DNA of 63,939 bases, counting the filler, from Pelomyxa schiedti (taxonomy: Eukaryota > Protista > Evosea), in assembly GCA_020536535.1 (NCBI GenBank). It is 6 parts of 6 records of this genome, joined end to end, with 100 filler letters (N's around TTAATTAATTAA, not from the genome) between each part and the next. Parts side by side here need not be neighbours in the genome. Positions count along the whole stretch, not along the records: positions 1 to 25,120 come from JAHLWZ010000223.1; 5 more parts are not named here. The stretch is one strand, 5' to 3'. Under the pieces are notes generated by a model. It made no database searches and was not told the origin of the DNA. It saw only the letters and a program-made list of their open reading frames with translations. Numbering within the stretch: position 1 is the stretch's first letter; the number at the start of each line of letters is the position of its first letter. A program made the translations under genes and the position numbers. Of this stretch, positions 11,571-23,379 are shown piece by piece.

Positions 11571-13726
11571 TCACCTCCTTCCGCCTCTCATACCACCTCT
11601 CATTGGCATGCCGCGACCGCGGCCAGGGCCCGGCAGCGGCTTGTTCATTGGCTTCTCAGAGGGGGCGTTCCTTATGGTCTGGTCCACAGAGAGTACTAGG
11701 GCGGCGGCCTCGGTTGCGGCGGCGATGGCGTTGAGCTTGACGAGGCTGGGCTCCCACACGTTGGACAGCATAGTGTCACATATGCCCTCGTTGTTGATGT
11801 CTACGCCAAACCATGTGCCCCCGGTAGCTGCATATTTGGTTGTAGTGGTATGTTAGTTTGTTTCATTGTAATTTTAGTTTTAGTTTTATTAGTTTTAGTT
11901 TTAGCTTTAGCTTTAGTTTTAGTTTTATTAGTTTTAGTTTTAGCTTTTAGGTGTTGTTGGGAGTAAATGCGGAGTTTTTGTTATGATGAAAGGAACCTTG
12001 TGCGTGCTTTTGGCGTAGCTGGTTTATAATTGTTGTGGAATCAAATCCGGCGTTGTCAGCAAGTTGCCTTGGAATCACTTCCAACGCACGAGCATAAGCT
12101 GCGATGATCATTTGTTCCTTGCTTGAAACGGTCAGAGAGTAGTCCCGCAAGTACTTGCTGAGTTCCATCTAGTTGTAATTGAATTGATGGTTGAAAGGTG
12201 TTACAAATGGGATAGTACCTCAATAGCACCCCCTCCGGCAACGACGGAATTGTGCTTAATTGCTCGCCTTACAATCATAATGGCATCATGAAGAGATCTC
12301 TCTGCCTCATCTATAAAGTGCTCTCCTCCTCCTCGAAGAACAATAGTGCAACTCTTTGCGCTGCTGCATCCAGTGAAAAGGTTGTACCTTTCTTTGCCAA
12401 TCTGTTTCTCTTCAAACTTCCCACAAGTACCAAGCACTGTGGGAGTGAGGTTTGATACTGTGGTTTGAACTTGGGCTCCTGTGGCTCGGCAAACCTGAAG
12501 AAGGTGAGTACAAATCAGTGTAATTGGAAGTTGCTCACTCTCTTAAGGTCCTCATCAGTGACTCGTCCAGCACAAAACATTTGCCTATCCGCGAAATATT
12601 GTGTAGCTAAATCACCAATTGCAATTCGGGAGAGAACGATGTTTGCTCCGCTTCTGACAATGCTGTCTAACTTGTCGTAGATAATTGTCCACTCGGCATC
12701 AACTATCTCTTGGTATTTTGCCGGATCAGTGATTCTAATCTCGGCGTTTTCTTTCTCCTGTTTCAACTCCAGCTCAAGGTTCAGACATAAAATTTTAGGG
12801 TCAGTGAAGCTCTTGGGTTGTTGCTCAAAGCCAGCGTAGGAGAAGGTCTTCTTGAAAGAAACACCCTCCACCAAAAAGGAGTCATCAATACTGCCACCAC
12901 TTTCTTTCTTGATTCCAATCATTGAGATGTCAAGGTCTTCATCCAAGTGGAGTACAGAATCAACAACCATCTTTGAGAATTTGGCGCGATTGCTTGCAAT
13001 TAGCTGTCAGTGTATGTTAAAAGTTTGAGTGCAGCAAGTGTCAAAAACCTTAGACTGTAGAGAGGTGGCTGCACATGTCTCCAGATACCTGCGGGTATCT
13101 TCTGCCGTAAAAGTGACCTGAATTTGGCGCAGCCTTTCACGTGCCATATTTGAGGCCTTGCGGTATCCCTTGATGATTGCCTGGAGAAAACAAAGGTCAC
13201 CGATCCGGTATATACGATATAGTCAACAAACACACTTGTGGGTGAACACCTTCCTCAACAAATCTTTTTGCCTCAGAAAGGAACTCTCCAGCCAAAATTA
13301 CTACACTTGTAGTACCATCTCCAACCTAGTTTACAATTAGGCCAAAAACAAAACGAAATCCACTCATATACTTTTCTCAAACAAAAAACAACCAGCCAAC
13401 CATAATTGTGCAATACGTAAATCTAGCAACAAACAACAAAAAAAAACACAAACCTCGGAGTCCTGGGACTTTGCGATTTCGACGAGAGTCTTTGGAGCAG
13501 GGTGTACGACGTCGAGCTGGTTGAGGACCGTGGCACCGTCGTTGGTAATCACCATGGTCGACGGGCCCATAATTAGCTTGTCCATTCCCCTTGGTCCCAG
13601 CGTCGTCCTCACGGTGTCAACGATGGCCTGGCACGCGTTGATGTTGCTTACGACCTGCCCGCGGCCCTGCGACGTGTCCGCGCCCTCGCGAAGCAAGATG
13701 ATCCCCGGCTGCAACATGTGGCTCAT
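11571..13726 (-). CDS. CCT7: T-complex protein 1 subunit eta (chaperonin CCT7), multi-exon
   Basis: [50 protein letters not shown]; [19 protein letters not shown]; [13 protein letters not shown]; [11 protein letters not shown] tail typical of eta. Confidence 0.96.
11868..11950. repeat. (TTTTAG/CTTTAG)n minisatellite inside a CCT7 intron
   Basis: Run attttagtttagttttattagttttagttttagctttagctttag... read directly. Confidence 0.8.
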
Positions 13727-13916
13727 TTTAGGTTATGGGATGTCGGTTGTTGGTGTTATGCGGTCGGGTACGCGTACGGGTGTGTTGTGGGTTGTTGGTG
13801 TTTGCGGCACTTCGCCCTGTCGCTTATTGATTCGTTTCTGCTGCCGATCTGCAACTGTAACGAAGCTTTCTTTCTTCGCGGTGATAGAGGTCCGCCGGTG
13901 CTGCTTGCTTCCCACA

Positions 13917-15195
13917 ATGGCCAGTGCTGCACACAGCGAGAACGAAAAAGGGGGCAGCGACGACCCAACGTCAGTCGTGAAGAGCGATCCGGCGACAGTT
14001 CCTGCCTCCCACAATGTCGGTACTCGCACGCCCACCCAACCGGAGGCCACCCCCGCACCCACGACCAGTCCCGTCCACGACACCGACCAACCCAACCCAC
14101 AACAACACACCAACAACAACACTCCGAGCAACGACAACAACATCAACATCAACAACAACAAGTCACATGATGGTAGTACTGGTGGTGATAGTGGTGGGGG
14201 TCACAGTGGCACTGCCTCCTCTGGTGCCCTAGTGCTAAGAAGTCGTGATTCGACTGCTGCCACCACGGTGGAGCAGGTTTCATCATCGAAAGATTGTCAA
14301 CCTCCGCAACCATTGTCATTGCCATCAGCGGCTCCGGGGCTAGTCACGACTACTACTGCCAGTACTGTTACTGGCGATAGTTACAGTGCAAGTACATGCA
14401 ATACTGTACCAACAACCGCGAGCAAAAAGAGTGGCGATGAAAGTTCCAAAAGTGCTGATTCTGGGGGTATTGCTATCGATCACATGCCGTTTGGAGTATC
14501 TTTTGACGGTACTGCCCCCGTATCTGTTTTCTTCAACAAGGCTCCGGACCCCGGTATGTGCTTCTTGGTTGTGTAAATTATTTAAGTAATAGTTTATAAA
14601 GAACGTTTTCCGTGGAATGATATTAAACACTGATTAGCGTAAGGCAATGGATCGTATTTACTTTCTACTTTCCGTGGCGTGCAACTGTATGGCCAAGAAT
14701 TGCCCCTTCCACCCGGATTCAATGGTGTGTCTATATTTCTTGTGGATAAATTCTGACACCCACAAGGGTTCGTTTTGGAGCGGGGCGAAAGTGAAACTTC
14801 ATGGAGAACGGCTTGTACTTTCAACAAAATGACACATTGGGTCCGGGATTGCAGGCCCAACTCTAGTAACCCATTTCTTGCTTCTATCACTTGGACAAAG
14901 ATAGCCCAAATGGTGCCCGCTTCCTCCCCTTTAGCTTTTCCTTCTTACATTCATTCACTAGCTTCATGCCGCCGACTCCGCTATTCCAAGTGCCAATACA
15001 ACCGTGGCGGAATCTCCACCCCAAACTCAATTGACAGGAACAGTTAGCCCTAATTCACCAAAGAAAGACCAACAAAGTGCCTCACATCCCACACTTATAA
15101 ACAGTGACAATAACAACCAAGATACTACAAGCAACAACACACAATCCACAACAGAAAACCCCATTCCACCATCACCAAAGAAGCCAAGAGTTTGA
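13917..15195 (+). CDS. RNASEH2C: Ribonuclease H2 subunit C with long disordered N- and C-terminal extensions, multi-exon
   Basis: IDHMPFGVSFDGTAPVSVFF|..FRGVQLYGQELPLPPGFNG|FVLERG..TFNKMTHWVRD..WTKIAQM matches the RNase_H2_suC motif order. Confidence 0.78.
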
Positions 15196-15370
15196 CCCAC
15201 AAGAAAAGCCGAAAAGAATTGCTCAACCAAAAAAATGTCGCTTGGTTTGTGGAACTTGATCCCAAGTTGGTGAAAACCTAACTTTTCGTTCGAGCAAAGC
15301 TGATGGCGACGAACTTGCCACCAAAACAACTTTTTAAGGGCAACACACTAGAAAAGCATTTGGGACAAAA

Positions 15371-16138
15371 ATGAACACGGGACTAGACGGTGTGTTACCT
15401 GTCTAGAGTTCAAACAAACACTAACAACCAAACCAACAGAGGAAATAGCAAGAGCAGAGCAAGAAAATGAAAATGCACAACCCTCGCAGCCATGCAGTCC
15501 ATGGCAACAATCGCCTGGTCCCTGTTATTACAGTCCTGGTACTTGTCAACCTATGGGGTATTTTATAGACCAGGTGCGATTTGTTTGTGCGCCTGTTTGT
15601 AGTTTGCTTACCGAAATGTAATAGTTTCAGCCCAGTTCAATGAGTGAACAGGCGGCAATCGACGCCGCTATGCGTGCTTCGCTAGACATATACAGCAATG
15701 CGGAACTACTCCAGTGGAACTATAATGGGTACCAAGACCTGCTTGCGGTGTCCAATTATGCCAGAAAAGAAGTAGCTACAAGGCAATTGGAGTGCGAAAC
15801 CACTATAAAATCTGGAACATATGCCTGGCTGATACTGTAAGTAAATATATACGACCAAGTGCTTCTACTAACCTTGGAATTATAGAGTCTTGCCTTTTTT
15901 GGTGGATAAGTGTCGCCTGTGCCTCTACGAATCAAAGTGTAACCACCTTTGCTCAGAGGAACTTATATTTATCTTGAGGCTTCGGTCAGCATGCAAGTCA
16001 TGGAAGGTTTCAATAGACAAATGGCTTTACGATACTCCCACATTTGTATCCTGTGCCGGGCTTAAGGTTTGTCATAAATATATAACAACCCAAACCTTTG
16101 AACTCACAACAAACCAAGTCTGGAAATGCATTGTATAA
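15371..16138 (+). CDS. Small multi-exon protein with UIM-like motifs and an F-box-like segment
   Basis: Hand-spliced in frame over three GT-AG introns: MNTGLD|EEIARAEQE..IDQ|PSSMSEQAAIDAAMRASL..AWLIL|VLPFL..LIFILRLRSACKSWKVSIDKW. Confidence 0.45.
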
Positions 16139-16395
16139 TGCGCAGTTCCTAGGCAACAAGAAGCACCACCCAAAACGCTGCCGCTGCACAAACACCGCAT
16201 TTCGCGGATTCCTCGTGGGCAACTTCTCGCTCACGTTCCTTCGTGATGGCCTAGGCCAAAAGCGAAACCGTATTATGTTGGGCTGAGGATAGATACCCCA
16301 GCCCCACCCACTATTTATTTCACCACCCCTTTTTGTGCACACCATAAGTGCCGAAAGCCGTAGTACAAAAAACACTGTATTTTTCGTCTGATTTC

Positions 16396-16549
16396 CCACA
16401 ACAAGAAAGGATATTTGTGATGGCAAGCACCAGGAACAGAATGCTTTCTGCTCGTGGCCCGGTCGGGCTGTTGGTGTTCTGGTCGGGCCACGAGCAGAAA
16501 GCATTCTGTTCCTGGTGCTTGCCATCACAAATATCCTTTCTTGTTGTGG
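16396..16549. repeat. Perfect inverted repeat (66-bp arms, 22-nt loop)
   Basis: 16396-16461 is the reverse complement of 16484-16549 (CCACAACAAGAAAGG...GTGGCCCG / CGGGCCAC...CCTTTCTTGTTGTGG). Confidence 0.95.
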
Positions 16550-16639
16550 TTCTGGCCTGGTCGTGGGACTGTTCACAGAATAACATGAAAAGTCTTTTTC
16601 ATCAATCAATCGCTTGGAAAACCGTCTTTGCAAGCGTTG

Positions 16640-19230
16640 ATGGGCGCAAGCACATCCTCATACGCGGTTGCCCTTCGTTACCTTACGGAGAAAGAAGGCG
16701 CCGAATTGCTCCTTCGTGCGTCGGAGGCCGGAAACACCGAAGCAATGGAGCTTCTTGCCGAGGGCTACCAAACCGCGACGCACGGCCTGCCCCTCGACCT
16801 GGACCAGGCCGCCCGCTGGTTCGAGGCCGCCCGCCTCACCTGGGGCATGTACTCCGTCGCCTGCACCCACTACGACGACGGCCACCGCGGCGGCGCCACC
16901 CCCGCCCGCGACGTCGCCAAGGCCGTGGCCCTGTGGTCCAAGGCCGCCGCCATGGGCGAGCACGGCGCGATGGCGCGCCTCGGCTGGTGCTACCAGCACG
17001 GCGTCGGCGTGGGCCGCGACCCCCGGCGCGCCGCCGCGCTCTACGCCGACGCCGTCGGGAAGGAGCGCCGCCACTCGTGGCGCCTCGGCGTGTGCTACCT
17101 CCGCGGCGAGGGCGTCGAGCGCGACTGGGCGGCCGCCGTCGAGCTCCTCTCGCGCAGCAACTTCGACGAGTGCGCGCACCTTGCGTGGTGCTACATGTGG
17201 GGCTGCGGCGTCGCGAGGCACCCGGAAAAGAGCATCGAGTACCTGACGAGGGCGGCGGGGGGCAGGGCCAAGGTGTTCCTGGGGTGCTGCTATGAGAGGG
17301 GAATCGGCGTGGAGCGGGACAGCGAGATGGCCGGCGCGTTGTATGAGGAGGGCAAGCAGTCGCGCGATGGGGCGGAGGCGCTTGGGGAGCTGGGGGTGCA
17401 CTTTCGGAGGGGCGATTGCGGCGTGTCGGTTGACGAGAGGGCGGCGGCGAGGTATTTTGAGATGGGAGCGGAGGGCGGTGACCCGGTTTCGATGTTTCAG
17501 CTTGGTGTGTGTCTCAGGGATGGCGATGGTGTTGATTGCAACGCGGAGCAGGCACACAACTGGCTGCAGAAGGCTGCTTGGTTGGAACACAAAGAGGCTG
17601 AGAAGCTTCTCCTCCAGGATCAACAGGCTGTTTGTGAGGCAAAAACAGCACAGCAACCACAACAAGATGCCATTGACGCACTGAAAAAAGAGATTGAAGC
17701 ACTCAAGGCAGAGGTGGCAGAGGTGAAAAAGCGGAATGAACAGGTAATTGTTCATTGCTAATTGGGACTTACTTCTTTTCACACAGCTTCAATGTGAAAA
17801 CAGACAGTCTTGCATCAATTTGGAAGAAGCCTTCAAGGCAGACAAGGAAGAGCTCACAAGAAGGAACGACGAGGTGTTGTTAAAAAATAAGGAACTTGAG
17901 GCAGCACTTTTCGAAGAACGCTTTGCTGTGGCAGATCTGAAAAAAGAGCTCCTGGAAGAAGCTGAGAAGTCCGCAAGAAGCGAGGTTTCTTCCTCTAATC
18001 TACCCATCAGTAACACCTGTGCTCTTTCTGCACGCAACACACACAGGATGTTGTCAACACAATGATATCACTTATTTCGGCAACTATTGACGATTTCAGG
18101 GTTGACACTCTCCTTGGTTCAGGCTCTAATGCAGCTGCGTTCAAGGTGCAACACATCGCAACACTCGATAGCAGTGCAGAGACATTATCAGCTTCATCCA
18201 CTGGTGTTGCACCAGCCATGGCAAACAGGAGGGGATACATGGTGATGAAGGTTTTGTGCAACTGGGATAACACACCCCGAGATACAATGCTGAGGCAGAA
18301 ATACATGGCTGAGTGTGTGATCCTCTCGTTGCTGCCGAATCATCCAAACGTGATCCACCCTCTTGGAACCTTGGTTATCCCTTTGTACGCCTTTCCCTTC
18401 CCCCTATCATTGGAATGATCTGAACTGACATAACATATCACAGCCTCCCAGCACCGTTTGTGGAGAAAATACCAAATGACAAACCGTTTTTTAAAGAAGA
18501 ACTGCGGAATGGAAAGTCACTTGCCATTCTCATGCCCCACTGTGGAATCACCCTCTCGGCATACCTCTCATCTTCTTTGCCAAGTACAGCCGCGGCTGCA
18601 CAGAATCTGTTTTTTCAAGCACTCAAGGCCATCCACCACCTCGAGGCACATTCCGTTGTTCACAGGTTTGCAATCAACTATTCATTTGTCCCAACGTGTA
18701 TTCGTCCCAGGGACATCAAGGCAGACAACATTCTTGTTGACCCCGAGAGTGGAAAGCTCACACTGATTGACTTTGGAGAGGCTCAGCACTGCCAAGCAAA
18801 CATGGAGGTGACGGTGTCAGCCACAACAACCTCATGGGGCAGTCCAGGCACAATTCCTCCAGAGCTGAGCACCTTCCTCAAGAGTAGTGCCAGGGGAATC
18901 AGTGGTGTGTTCTCTTACTCAAAGTGTGACTCTTTTGCACTTGCCCTCACTTTCTGGGATGCACTCCTGCCACCGTCCCACAAGTTCATTGGGAGCACAA
19001 TGAACCACGACATGAGTGCCTTCACAACTCAGTCACTCACCACTGAGTTCCCCGTGCCGTTGTTTTCAGTGACAACAACATCAGATGAAGGGTTTGAGAA
19101 CTACGACAACAATGGGACACCTGAAATTCTGCTCAAGTCAGTGATGATTGGGATGATGAACCCCGACAAGGCTGCCAGGGTGTCTGCTGCTGATGCAATC
19201 TCATCACTCACACCCACATGTAATCCTTAA
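16640..19230 (+). CDS. SEL1/TPR-like repeats + coiled coil + Ser/Thr protein kinase, multi-exon, N-myristoylation-like start
   Basis: MGASTSS start; SEL1 repeats (AMARLGWCYQHGVGVGRD, SMFQLGVCLRDGDGV); kinase motifs GSGSNA, VMK, HR|DIKADN, DFG, PPE. Confidence 0.85.
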
Positions 19231-19314
19231 CTTCAATGATTTTTTCTACTATGCGTTGTTTCATGGTGGATATCGGAGAGCGAGAGCTCTGGTCACCTGT
19301 CCCTTCATTGAACA

Positions 19315-20217
19315 ATGGGGGCCACCACATCCACACCAACACCAGACGAACTGCTGAAGAGTGCACATCAGCACATGTATTTGCACAGCAGAGGCGACGA
19401 GGGCCCCGAAAAAGCAGTGGCGCTTCTGGAAAAGGCCGCCGAGGCCGGTCACACATATGCCATGTCCCAGCTCGCCGGGTGTTACATCAACGGCGTGTAC
19501 GGCGCCACCCGTGACCTGGACAAGGCCGAGCGACTGTGCGTGACTGCACACGACGGCACCGGACTGTGGCAAGTCGGTTGTGCCCACTACTTCCCCCCGC
19601 AAGGCGGAGGAGGCAACATCGACAGGGCAGTGTCCGCGTGGAACAAGGCGGCGGAGCTGGGCAGCGAGGACGCGATGGCGTGGCTCGGGCGGTGCTACCA
19701 ACACGGCGTGGGGGTGGACCGCGACCCGCGCCGCGCCGTGGAGCTGTACCTCCGCGCGATTCCCACGCCGTATTGGAAGTACTCGTGGCTGGCTGCTGTG
19801 TGCTTCCTGCGAGGCGAGGGAGTGGCACGGGACTGGGCCAGGGCCGGCGAGCTCCTCGTGCAGGCGTATCACGGGCATGAGGCGGTGCCCCTTGGGTGGT
19901 GTCACTTGTGGGGCTGCGGCGTCGAGAAGAACGTTATGATGGGATTCAGGTTGATCAAGGGCGACGGTTCGACAAGGTCCACGGTGTACCTGGGATGCTG
20001 CTTTGAGAGAGGCCTTGGCGTCGAGCAGGACCCCAACAAGGCGTGCTCGTTGTACAATGAGGGAAAGCGTTGGAATTTGCATGAGGGTGCAGAGGCATTC
20101 AGGGAGCTGGGGGAGTGGTTCCAGAGGGGTGAGTTCGTGTACTTTATGGAAGTACACATCATTATTAAATTTTCTTGTTACACACGTTGCTTTTGTCTGC
20201 TTCAGTTTTGCCAGTGA
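19315..20217 (+). pseudogene. Second SEL1-repeat gene, paralog of 16640 gene, truncated at about 20129
   Basis: MGATTST start and SEL1 repeats collinear with the upstream paralog; homology stops at GEWFQRG and no kinase exons follow. Confidence 0.6.
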
Positions 20218-21115
20218 TTGATCAAGCAAGACAAACTCGGGTGATGATTTCTGCAACTGAGAATGGAAGAGTGTGGTCAATCTGAAAGCTTCCTTCAGTT
20301 CAGGGTGTGCCTTCCCCATAATTGCCGACGTTGCTTCCTCTTCTTGTTGTTTCCTTTGAAGTTTGTCTTGCAGCTGTTGGAGATTTCTCCTCACTTGGTT
20401 GAGCTGATCAGTGTGCTGTTGGTTGGTCCTTTCAGTGACTATCTGTGTGTGTAAAGAAGAAAATCAGTGGCAAAGTCGGACCAACACAGTCTCACACACC
20501 TGATGATGATGGTGACAGTGTTGCAACACCATCTTGTGTGAACGTGCCTTCAAACGTGTCACCATTTGGCCACCTCCTTGTCCCCTCAAGGGACCCCTCA
20601 CCCACAACCCAGTGAATGACGATCCATCCCTGCTCCACGTCTTTGTTCCCTCACCGTGCTCCTTCCCCTGCACCCTCTGGCCATCATACCTGTCACTGTT
20701 TGCCCACAGCCTCACACCCTGACCATGGAACAAGTTGTCCTTCCACTCACCAATGTAACTCCCACGGACTGTGGTAGATGTCACCCGAGCCATCAGGTGA
20801 CATCCACGTCCCCGCACCATGCCACTGATGCCTGTCCCATTCGCATACACTGTCACCATGCTTGTTGTCCCACGGAAGCTGGTTACTGCGCTGCCAACGG
20901 CCCTCCTCTGACACACCCCACCCCTGCATGACGACACGTCGTTGGTTTCGCGAAACGGGTGTGTGGCTCAACAGACATGAAGGGCCGACGGGTGCACAGG
21001 TGGCCCGATGGCGGCACTCTCCGTCCTTTTCGAGAACTGGAAAAGGGGACCACTACCGCAACGGCCTGGATGTGATAGATGACGAGTGGGTGTGAAATGC
21101 AACGGCAAGTGGTTA
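20129..21115 (-). pseudogene. Degenerate inverted MORN-repeat/coiled-coil paralog with an internally inverted 5' fragment
   Basis: Minus strand 20930-20130 matches the 21418 gene (GSYIGEWKDNLFHGQGVRLWANSDRYDG; NLQQLQDKLQRKQQEEE) with frameshifts and a deletion; 20975-21115 matches its N-terminal MORN part on the plus strand. Confidence 0.75.
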
Positions 21116-21417
21116 CTAGAACACTTGTTGGGTGTGTTGTATGTATGAATCTCATGTTTTCCGCACTAATGTCATTGCAGAGTGCACGCATGGCTGGCCA
21201 GTGCCGGAAATTACCGCGTCAGTGGACTGCGGTGGTGATTGATTCCAGGTGATCCGGACTGAGAAGCTCCCCTTCTGGAAGGTCCACAAAAAACAAACGT
21301 GTTTACAGGTGTGACCTCGTTGTTGTTGCCACAATGCTTGATGGGTTGGTTGCCCCAGCGTTGTTGATGTTTCTTTCGTCATCAGAAGAGAATTCATTTG
21401 GCCTCTTCATCACCGTC

Positions 21418-23379
21418 ATGGCAGCTGCAACCAACAAACGAGTGGGTGCTGCGACCATGGTTGTCGACGACACCTCAGCGCTGCCTGGCGCAACCTACAC
21501 TGGTCGGGTGGTCGATGGCAAACCCGACGGCAGGGGCACCGCAAAATACCCAAACGGCGACACGTACGAGGGAGAGTGCCTCAACGGCAAGGCGGATGGG
21601 TGGGGTGTGAAACACTGGGCTGATGGCGGGTGGTACGAGGGGCTGTACAGGGACACCCAATGGAAAAGGGGAACGTGGCACGACAGCAACGGTGTGGATG
21701 TGTGGGATGGCGAGTGGGTGTATAACGCAACCGCAAATTATCATGAGATGCAGGGGTGGGGTGTGCAAAGGAGTACGACAACCAAGGGGGGAGCCACAGT
21801 AAAAATGGTGGTCACGGTGTATGAGGGTGAGTGGGACAGGGACCAGTGGCACGGTGTGGGAACGTGGAGGTCACCTGATGGCTCGGGTGACATCTACCAT
21901 GGTCAGTTTGACCACGGCAAGAAATGTGGAACAGGGAGTATCCTGTTTGGCGGTGGTGGCGATGGAGGAAACAACAACAGCAACAGCAACCCAGAAGGAG
22001 GTGGTGGGAGTTATGTTGGGGAGTGGAAGGATGACGTGTTCCATGGTCGGGGTGTGAGGTTGTGGGCAAACGGTGACAGGTATGATGGCCAGTGGGTGTT
22101 TTTTTCCAACAAAGGGGACGAGGAGGTGGCCAAACGGTGACATGTTTGAAGGCACATTCACACAAAATGGGTGCCGTGGTGAGGGTCTTGCAGCACTGTC
22201 ATCATCATCATCGCCATCATCATCCAATCTGAAGGGCACCCTCAACAACAACTTGTTTCGCAGTGCGAGGTGCCCAGAACATCAAATGGGATCGTCACAG
22301 TTTGAACACTGTCAGCTGATTGAGGTCAGTGTGTGTGTGATATCTTTTCAGCTTGGTTTTTTTCCTTAAATTCCATTCCACCTGCACAAATGTGGGACAT
22401 GTGTGTGCTGTTATCCTCTTTTTTTCATTTTGTTTGCTCAAACAACAAACAAAAAACACAGAAACTGAAAAACGAGGCCGCCAAAGAGAAAAGTGAACTT
22501 GAGGCAAAACTGAAAGAAGAAATGAAAGCAGCCAAACAAGAGTGGGATGTGAGTGTGACTGTTGTATTGTGTTGTGTCTCTCTTTCACTGTGACCAACTG
22601 ACACCTCTTTCTTTCTTTTTATTTTTTCTCTTGTTTGAAGCAAATCACTGCAAGGAATAATGAGAAGCACAGTGAGCAACTCAACCAAGTGAAGAAAAAC
22701 CTCCAACAACTGCAAGACCAACTTCAAAAAAAGCAGCAAGAAGATGATGATGATGAAAGGAAGTCGATTCTTGTGAGAACAACAACCCATTCTGAGTTCA
22801 GGGAAGCCTTTGAATCAGCGAAGTTGCTCCAGTCTCAGTTGCTGATTTTGGAACCACAGTTCGTCCTGCTCAAGGAATCGCTGAGAAAAGTGAATGACAG
22901 CCTCCAGAGAGCAACAGAATCCAACGAGGAACTGGCATCACACCTGAAGAAACTCACTGAACTGAAAGGAACACTGGTGATGAAACTCAACGAATCAGAT
23001 TCTGCATGCAAGAAGCTCCTTGGGCAGACACTGACGGTGCATAACAGCGAGTCTGAGATCCAGGAGTGTGCCAGGAACATCTCAACACTCACAAAAAAGG
23101 TTTTGTGGGGGATCAAGTCCTCTGCAACGTCAGCAACATCAGAAGTGGAGACTGTTCCATGGAGTGTGATGAGAGGCCACCCAACGTGCAGTTGCAGCCT
23201 TGTGGCGACGTTGTCCTGTGCTCCCAGGTTTGTGTCTGTTTGTTTGTATCTATTCTTTTCCCTTGTCATTAAAGACTCCCACAACAACCACACACAACAA
23301 ACAACACACGCAGTGTGCAGCAGTCATGAAGAAGTGCCCTGCTTGTCGCTCCCTCATCAAGGACAAACTTCATTTGTAG
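21418..23379 (+). pseudogene. MORN repeats + coiled coil + C-terminal RING-like finger, with two apparent frameshifts (pseudogene or sequence errors)
   Basis: YEGEWDRDQWHGVG-type MORN repeats; frameshift at T-run 22099-22105; coiled-coil exons; C..C-ERPPNVQLQPCGDVVLCSQ|CAAVMKKCPACR in a shifted frame near 23150. Confidence 0.7.

Noticed and set aside
10774-11856. Long plus-strand ORFs over the ankyrin/CCT7 genes (also 16658-17782, 38173-39072, 43707-44693)
   Set aside because: Antisense shadow ORFs of GC-rich coding sequence with few stops; no domain signal
11868-11950. Interstitial telomeric repeat
   Set aside because: No G-run (TTTTAG rather than TTAGGG-like), and it lies inside an intron
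19261-20394. 377-aa minus-strand ORF
   Set aside because: Chimera of a MORN-paralog coiled-coil remnant and the antisense of the SEL1 exon
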